In this document: positions 56,420 to 64,000 of the stretch, piece after piece
Layout of the letters: each line of letters starts with the position of its first letter
Numbering within the stretch: position 1 is the first letter of the stretch
Source: the human T2T-CHM13v2.0 reference genome, Homo sapiens
Direction: 5' to 3' (one strand)
Assembly (NCBI RefSeq): GCF_009914755.1
Contig: NC_060934.1
Length of the DNA stretch: 64,000 nt
Notes under the pieces: model-generated
The model's database searches: none
The model's input: only the letters and a program-made list of their open reading frames with translations
What the model was told of the DNA's origin: nothing
Position numbers and translations under genes: made by a program

Positions 56420-59170
56420 ATTTGATCTACTAATGCCCCAAAGGATTGCATTAAATTTCCAAATGAATTGTGAATTTATGTATTTTTCCTGGTTTCCTGA
56501 AACTACAGACACTGTCTTGTATTTTAAGGTTGTATTTTTGTTATACCTAATTTTGTGATTTTGTTTTCTTGATTTTGTTTTATGAATATTAATACAACAT
56601 TTGTCCTTGTTACTGATTATTATATCAAATTGGTTTATATTTGTGTAGTATATATTTTCCTCACTTATGCTCAACGCTTTGTAAACTAATTCTCTTGTAC
56701 AAAAATATCATTTCATGTTTTATGTATTTTAACATTATCTATTTGTAATTTAATTACTTTATATAAATTACTGTTTTAAAATAATTTTTTCCATCTCATG
56801 TCATTTTGCCATTTACCATGTTTTGGTTTGTTTAGTTGGCCTTTTTCTCTACTTCCCTAATAGATAGCTTTTTAAATAGTTTTTTCCCTTTGGATAATTG
56901 AAATGTATATATTATATTTTAATTTTTATTTTGGTTACTACCAACTTAAGCTCATGAAAATATTTACTCTTTCGACCTTTATAACCAACTAATGGAAGCT
57001 CATCACTGAGGAATATGGGTATCTTGAACGTCTTTCAGCCCCTTGCATTCTTTCTTTCACCACCACCAATTGGAAAAGTTGCAATTAATTTTATATTTTC
57101 CTTCCAGATCGTTATTATCATCTCGTATTGCTATTGTTTTTGTTGCTTTTTATTGTTAAAACAATACAGTTTACCAGGTTATTTATGCACTCTAACTTCT
57201 AAATTTCTTTAATTTACTTTCTGGCTAGTGTAAAATTGATACATTTCTGAAGATGTGTTTGCTTAAAATTATGTTCATTTCACCCTACTACTTAAAGTAA
57301 ATGCTATAACAATTTTAATTCCTTCAGTTTTATTTAATAGTTTAAAAATATGACTGAAATTTTTTTTCATGTACCCTGAGTGCCTAATTTTCTTATTTGG
57401 AATGAGTGAGGTACAGAGGCATTAGGTCATCAAAATAATCTTTTTACTGTATACCTAAAAAATGAGAATTTATCCATTGTTCCAAGAAAGATATGCCCAA
57501 TTTAAAGAGAAAATATGAGTTATTTTAGGAAGAAAGCATATCAAAAACAGTCCTGATAAATTGAGCTCACATATAATGATCACAGCATCATTTGCAGTAC
57601 TCAACAGAAATCAAATATCCATCTATAATAGAATGGATACATAAATTGTGATCTATCCTTACAAACTATATACAAAAATGGCACTGAGTAAACTACTGCT
57701 ATATTAAACTATAGTACCCCGTTAATGAGATCATGGCTTTCTTTATCAGCATACTTTTGTTCTGTTTTTTAAGTCAAGTTTGGTAGTTTGTATGTTGCTA
57801 AAAAAAATCATACAATGATCTTAGCATTAACATTTTCTCATTGTTTTCCGTAAAAATTCAAGCATTTAAAACTGGCCAATAATTATGATTATAAATTGTT
57901 ATTTTAATATTTTATAAGTTTTGCAGTGTCTCCCTTGAAAATATTATTACTTGAACATCTCAAAACTTTGTTTACTTTATTAATTCATGTTTTAGGAAAT
58001 CAGTTTTGACCTTTTTTTTTTTTTTACTATTTTACAGTTTTTATTTTTATAGATTTTAACTCTAATATTTGTAACTGTTCTTTCTTAATTTATACATTTC
58101 TTATTTTTTCTCTTTTTTCTAATCCCTTAAGTTGCATTCCTGGTTCATGTTTCCAGTATTTGTTCTATAATAGCAAAAAACATCCGAGTATATAATATTA
58201 AGTACTGGTTAACTATGTCTTCAATGTATTCTTATGAATTGTCTTCCTTTTCAGTAGATGATATACATTTTTTAATACCTATTTTAAGTTTTTTCTTTGA
58301 TTTTAATAGCAACTAAGGAAGCACTTATTAATTTTCATGTAGATTTTGTTTTTTATCATTCATTCTACTTTTATCAGTTAAGTCAAAGTTTATGGCTAAT
58401 TAAATATAATTTAAAATTTATTAAGATTTTTAGTAAATAAATATAGAAATTAAAAGAAAACCATTTCCATGAATAAGAAAAAAATGTGATTATTTCTTCA
58501 TAGGAATTAAATGGTACAAATGGTTCAGTATATCTATGTAATTTATGTAATTTAGCTAGATGATTGTGTTTCTCAAAGTCTCTGCTTATTTTTGTTTTTT
58601 TGAACTGTCAAATTTTAAATTCATTTCAGAATCTTATGTATTCTCCCAATGAGATAATTTAAAACTTTGGTGATAGATTATTACTAAGGTTTAATTTCCA
58701 ATCCAATCTATTATAAAAAGGATTCTTAAGAAACACAAATTCCCAATCACATTGTCATCTTCTGTATATATTTAACTAAAGATTCATTGATTGTATTATT
58801 AAATGAGTGATCTTCTCTGGAACTTTATATTTCAAAATGTTCTTATATACCTCCACGGAAGTAATATTTTGGCTCATGATTATATTAACGAATCTCTATT
58901 CGGTTTCTTTAAAATCTATAGATGATATAGTTTAACTTTGCAGGTCTTGTTTCAAATGAAATCCTAATGTTTTTGATTTGTTTTATCTATGGAACTTTGT
59001 CTTTAACCTTTTATGATAAATTTTACCCTAATATATTTCAAAGAGTATATTTTTTCATTAATCCTGAATGTATCTCAACAAGTCCAGTCTACACTTTTAA
59101 AAGCCCAGTCTACACTTTTAAATTTTTTATATCTTTAACTAATGAAGTATTTAATTTTATTTTGAAATAG
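56420..59170. mobile_element. Very old L1M/L1ME fragments, mostly minus strand, with a plus-strand piece at ~57420-57720
   Basis: Strand-biased T-rich decayed L1 text (tagctagatgattgtgtttctcaaagtctct; tcaaatatccatctataatagaatggatacataaattgtg). Confidence 0.5.
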
Positions 59171-59217
59171 TTTACACATATAAACAAGAACACATAATTA
59201 TATAATGATAACCTTTA

Positions 59218-60392
59218 ATGGATTAAAGACTAACATGTAAAGTTCTAAATCTATAAAAATCTTGGAAGAAAACCTAGAAAATGCCCTTCTCAACACTGGC
59301 CTTGGCAAAATATTTATGACTAAGTCCTCAAAAGCAATTGCAACACAAACTAAAATTGACATGTAGGACCTAATTAAACTGGAGTTTCTGCACAGCAAAA
59401 GAAACTATCAATAGAGTAAACAGACAACCTACAAAATGAGAGAAAATAGTCACAAATTATGCATCTAACAAAGGTCTAATATCCAGAATCTATAAGGAAC
59501 TTAAACAAATAAACTGAAAACAAATAACCTCATTAAAAAGTGGACAAAGGACATAAACAAATACTTCTCAAAAGAGTACCTACAAGTGGAAAACAAACAA
59601 GAAAAAATGCTCAACATCACTAATCATCAGAGAAGTGCAAATCAAAACCACTATGAGATACATTCTCACACCAGTCAGAATGACTATTATTAAAAAGTAA
59701 AAAATAACAGACAGTGTTGAGGCTGCAGAAAAAAAGAATGCTTATACACTCTTAGTAAGAATGTGTATAGTTTAGCCACTGTAGAGAGTAATTTGGAGAT
59801 TTTTCAAAGAACTAAAAAACAGAACTACCATTTGACCCAGAAATCCTATTAATGGGTATACACCCAAAGAAAAATAAATCATTCTACCAAAAAAACACAT
59901 GCACTTGTACATTCATTGCAGCACTCTTCACAATAGCAAAGACATGAAATCATCCTAGGTGCCTATCACCAGTGGATAGGTTAAAGAAAATGTGGTACAT
60001 CTACACCATTGATTACTATGCAGTCATAAAAATCGAATGAAATCATGTTCTTTGCAGCAATATGGATGTAGCTGGAGGACATTAGCCTAAGAAAATTAAC
60101 CCACGAACAAAAAAACAAATCCTAAATGTTCTCACTTGTAAGTGAGAGCTAAACACTGGGTACTCATGGATATAAAGACAGAAACAGTAGACACTGGGGA
60201 CTACAAGTGCAGGGAGAGAAGGAGGGAGTCAAGGGTTAAGAAACTCCCTATTGGGTACTATGCTCACTACTCGAGTAACAGGTTCAATCATATCCCAATC
60301 TTCAACATCATACAATATACCCTTGTAACAAACCTGTATATGTACCTTGTGAAACTAAAAGTTGAAATTTAAACAATAATAATAATAATAAT
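59218..60392 (+). mobile_element. 5'-truncated L1PA16/17-type element
   Basis: ORF2 end and 3' UTR cctattgggtactatgctcactac; (AAT)n tail; degenerate TSD ataatgataaccttta / ataataatcgccttta. Confidence 0.9.
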
Positions 60393-60569
60393 CGCCTTTA
60401 TATCACAACCCATTTTTATTTAATATTCCATATATGGGATATTTCATATCCAAAATTTACTTTAAAGAGATATAATTTACTTTATGTATCCCAAATTTAC
60501 TTTAAAAATATCATCAGATAAAATTGAGGAATCCATTTCTTCAACTATAGAAATTTCCAGGAACCCCAA

Positions 60570-60780
60570 TTGGTATGAGAATATCTTAGTTTATGTCCTG
60601 CTTTGCCATTTCTTTATTGGTTATCTACATTCTTGTTAATTACCCCATCTGAACTGTTGTTTCCTTAATTGTAAAATGAAGATAATGATTCCTCATTGGA
60701 CTGTTGTGAAAAATCAACAGAAATAGCTTAAACAAAGCTTTTAGGACTGTGAGGATACATTACGTCAATAAATGTTAATT
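60570..60780 (+). mobile_element. MIR fragment
   Basis: tttccttaattgtaaaatgaagataatgattcctcattggactgttgtgaaaaatcaa...caataaatgtta. Confidence 0.7.
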
Positions 60781-61116
60781 TCATTTGCCCTTATATATAT
60801 TTAAAAGCAAATACAAACTTCTGTAAAATTTTCCTAGAACTATCTAGCCATGGTTTTTGGGATCCTTCTGATTTTCCATAGCAGTTGGCACAGAATTCTT
60901 ATGTAAAGTTTTCATATCTATAGCTGTGTAAGGCTATGATTTCCTGGAAGGCCAATTGAGTGCATCAGGATTCTGGGCATCCTAGGAAAATCTATAGTAA
61001 CAATATTGTTAATATTTATCAATAAGTCACACAGGACTTATCAAAAGTCCAATAAGTTTGAATAAATAAGTGAACTAGGAAAGCTAAAATGAATTCAGTC
61101 TGAATCATCTTAATTA

Positions 61117-61455
61117 CAGCCAGACATTGCATAATGATGTTTCAGTCAACAGACCACATGTATGATGGTGGTCCCATAAGATTATAATACCATATTTTTA
61201 CTGTACCTTTTCTATGTTTAGATATATTTAGATACACAAATATTTATCATTGTGCTACAGTCACCTACAGTATTCAGTACAGTAACATGTTGTACAAGTT
61301 TTTAGCCTAGGAGAAATAGGCTATAATATATAGCCTAGTAGGCTATGCCGTCTAGTTTGTGTAAGTGAAGTACATTCTGTTATTCACAGAAAGATGAAAT
61401 CACCTAAAGATACATTTCTCAGAACCCATCCCTGTGGTTGATCAATACATGACTG
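61117..61455 (+). mobile_element. Tigger3a (Golem/MER7A) non-autonomous Tc1/mariner DNA transposon
   Basis: ta|cagcca...ggtggtcccataagattataatac...cctacagtattcagtacagtaacatg...catgactg; ~340 bp with degenerate TIRs. Confidence 0.92.
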
Positions 61456-63404
61456 ACATAGCCAGAAGGGAAAAAAAGGGCATGAATTGTTACCAAGGTC
61501 TCCAATGGTTTACAAAATCTTGGTTGTTGGCAATGTACAAACAGCAAAATGTTCACTTATGACACAATGTAGTGAGAGGAAATTTGCTAAATGGAAATGT
61601 TTATTCCCTTGAGTGCAAATGGATCTCACTAGGAGGCAACCTGCACATTTAGAGATTGGCCCTCTGTGGCCTCAGATGCTTTGCCAATTCCTGTTTAAGA
61701 GTTAGCAGAGGCAGGAGGCCTTTGCAAACCAAATGTGCCACGTATTTTTATTTCTTTTTGGATTGGGCACTTAACACAGCTTCTGCAAGAGCAAAAAATG
61801 GTGAAACTTGTGCATTTCCATGATTCTTGATTATTTCCAGGTTTATTTGGCTGAGTTTCTCTTATCTCTCTGATCAACAAGAAGGTTTCCCTGGTCTGTA
61901 ATCTTTGCTAAGAGAGCCCTGTCAAGTGAGAAATATTCGTTATGCCCATTCAAAAGTAGCTTCCACTCAATAGCAGTGTATTGCTAAAGTCATTTGCTTA
62001 TAGTGACAATATGACTTTTCTCAAAGTGTACTGCATTGTTTTAATACAAAGCCAGATGTCTTTTTTGAATATTTTAAACAAAAACAAGAAATGAATGCTA
62101 TTTATTAGCATGAGTTATTTATTGTCCTGATGTTGTTCAGATGGACCATTTGTTATTTTGAGAAATAAGGAATTTCCTTGCATGTTTTTTTTTTTCCAAG
62201 GTATTTCATTCTGGGTAAATGAACAAAACCACGCCTAAGGTGAGTTTGGGTGAAACAGCCAGCTGCAGCTTTTCCTTTCAGTCACAAATATTTATATTTA
62301 TTATTAAGGCTTAATGTTTTATAATTATTATAAGTACATGAAAAAAATCTAAGAAGAGCTCTGCATGTCACATAAGTTATACTTCCATTATTTCTCAGTA
62401 ATATTGCTTAATGTCCCAAGATGTTTTGGTATCTCTTCTAATTGGGTGTGGAAAATAAACTCTCTTGGTCTTAAAAGAATTGAAATGAATAATCCCTTGA
62501 GAATTTTAAAACTGATTTTTCAAAGATCAAATAAATTGAGAGGATGATTTATCTGGCTACAGAGAAACAGCATGTCACCCATTGGAATACATCATTCTTA
62601 CTAATACTACAATATCATTAATAGTCCATCGTCTGAGATAGAGAAAGAAACATTAATTTTAAATTCTTATTTATCAAACATATTTCATCAAATTAGATCA
62701 TATATATTAGATAAATAAGTACTTATTGACCGGGCTTTATAGTAAGGAAAGACCCACTCCACTTTCAGTAATATTATTAGCCATAATTAATGTGTTTTTC
62801 TTATCTAAAAATGTAAGTAGTAGCAACTACTTTATGCTGCTTGGGACACAATAGGAGATTCATAAATGTTAATTTGATTGACCCTTCTTCCCTACTGTCT
62901 ATTAGTTACCATTGAAACCAAGAGGTATGAAACATGACACACCTCTTCAACGTCCAACTTTTGTGACAATACAATAATAAATCACAGTATAAAGTATAAA
63001 CAAAATATAATGTGACATATCACTATATATAATTTATCAATAAAGGGCATAGTCAATAAAATCTAACACAGTGCCAAGGTTTAAGGCTGATACCAAGCAC
63101 AAGGTGCGCACTCACTAACTACTCAATATTTAGAAAAAGCCAAATTTAGACACTAAGAGTTAAAATAAAGTAATAAAATACAATATGAAATGAGGCCATA
63201 GGACTCCAGGCTCCTATGACTAGCTGAGGATAGTCATAGAAGTTTTCTGCCTTGATAACTTGAATATCATTTACCAAAATAGGTAACTGCTTAACACCAC
63301 CTGCAAGCAAGCAAAATGCCACTCATCTTACTTTAATGCATAGTGAAAAACTATGCCAGGTATTAGATAAAAACAACTACAGCAGGTTGAATTTTATTGA
63401 TTGG

Positions 63405-63405
63405 G

Positions 63406-63445
<40 letters not shown>
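63405..63445. repeat. (TG)n microsatellite
   Basis: Direct inspection. Confidence 0.97.
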
Positions 63446-63449
<4 letters not shown>

Positions 63450-63450
<1 letters not shown>

Positions 63451-64000
63451 TATAGGTTTGAAAATCATGTTTTTCCAGAAATGTTGTACCCTCTCAGGCT
63501 AGTTCTCCAATTTTTATTTCTTTGCTCCACTCTTTGCAGTCTTTGTCCTTTCATGCTCTGGATGATTTCCTCAAGTTTATCTCTAGTGCTTTTCATTCCA
63601 TCTACTGTGTTTTTAAACTTTAAGAAATCTTTTCTTCTTTTGTTACTTTTTTCCTCCCCCACCCCATTCTCTCCCTTTCTCCATTTTTTAATTTTCCTGA
63701 AGCTCCCTCATTAAAGTAAGAATATATATTTGATGCACAGAATCAACATCTTGGATCCCTGAAGTCAGTTCATTTTTTTTTCCCTTTGGAGCTTTCTTCT
63801 ACATGGAGATTGTTTCCACTGTATTTTCTGTCTGTCTCCATGGTGGTTTGGTTGTTTAACTCTGCCTCTATCTTCCATATTAGAGTCTTTCCTCAGCTGT
63901 CTTATAATATTCAGCTATTCACAATTAAGCATTTATTGGAAGCTCTGATAGTTTTCAGGCCTGCTAATAAATTGGGTAACTGTATAATTTATGGTGCAAA
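63450..64000 (-). mobile_element. Ancient L1M ORF1-region fragment
   Basis: Reverse ORF FKNTVDGMKSTRDKLEEIIQS resembles the L1 ORF1 coiled coil. Confidence 0.6.

Overview
This is not microbial DNA. It is an AT-rich primate (human-like) genomic window made up mostly of transposable elements, with no supportable host protein-coding gene. It contains a decayed near-complete ERV1 provirus (1-8257: LTR, PBS-Arg, gag-pro-pol-env remnants, PPT, LTR) and a full-length but inactivated L1PA8-type LINE-1 (23.6-30.0 kb). It also holds many truncated L1s of different ages (L1PA2/3 to L1ME), eight Alus, solo LTRs (MER52-type, LTR12F-type, MER61/LTR9-like, LTR16, MLT1), a truncated THE1, a Tigger3a, MIR/L2 relics and microsatellites. 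Nearly all ORFs in the track are TE-derived or spurious. I found no convincing new biological system. The most interesting signals record how the locus was built. They include a mosaic ERV gag with two different matrix starts and possible gene conversion between a tail-to-tail L1 pair. There are also two twin-priming L1 inversions (one with a perfect hairpin at the junction), several microhomology or template-switch duplications and micro-inversions, a very young Ya-lineage Alu, and a candidate 39-nt non-coding exon. Subfamily names come from my recollection of consensus sequences and need RepeatMasker/Dfam confirmation; boundaries of old elements are approximate.
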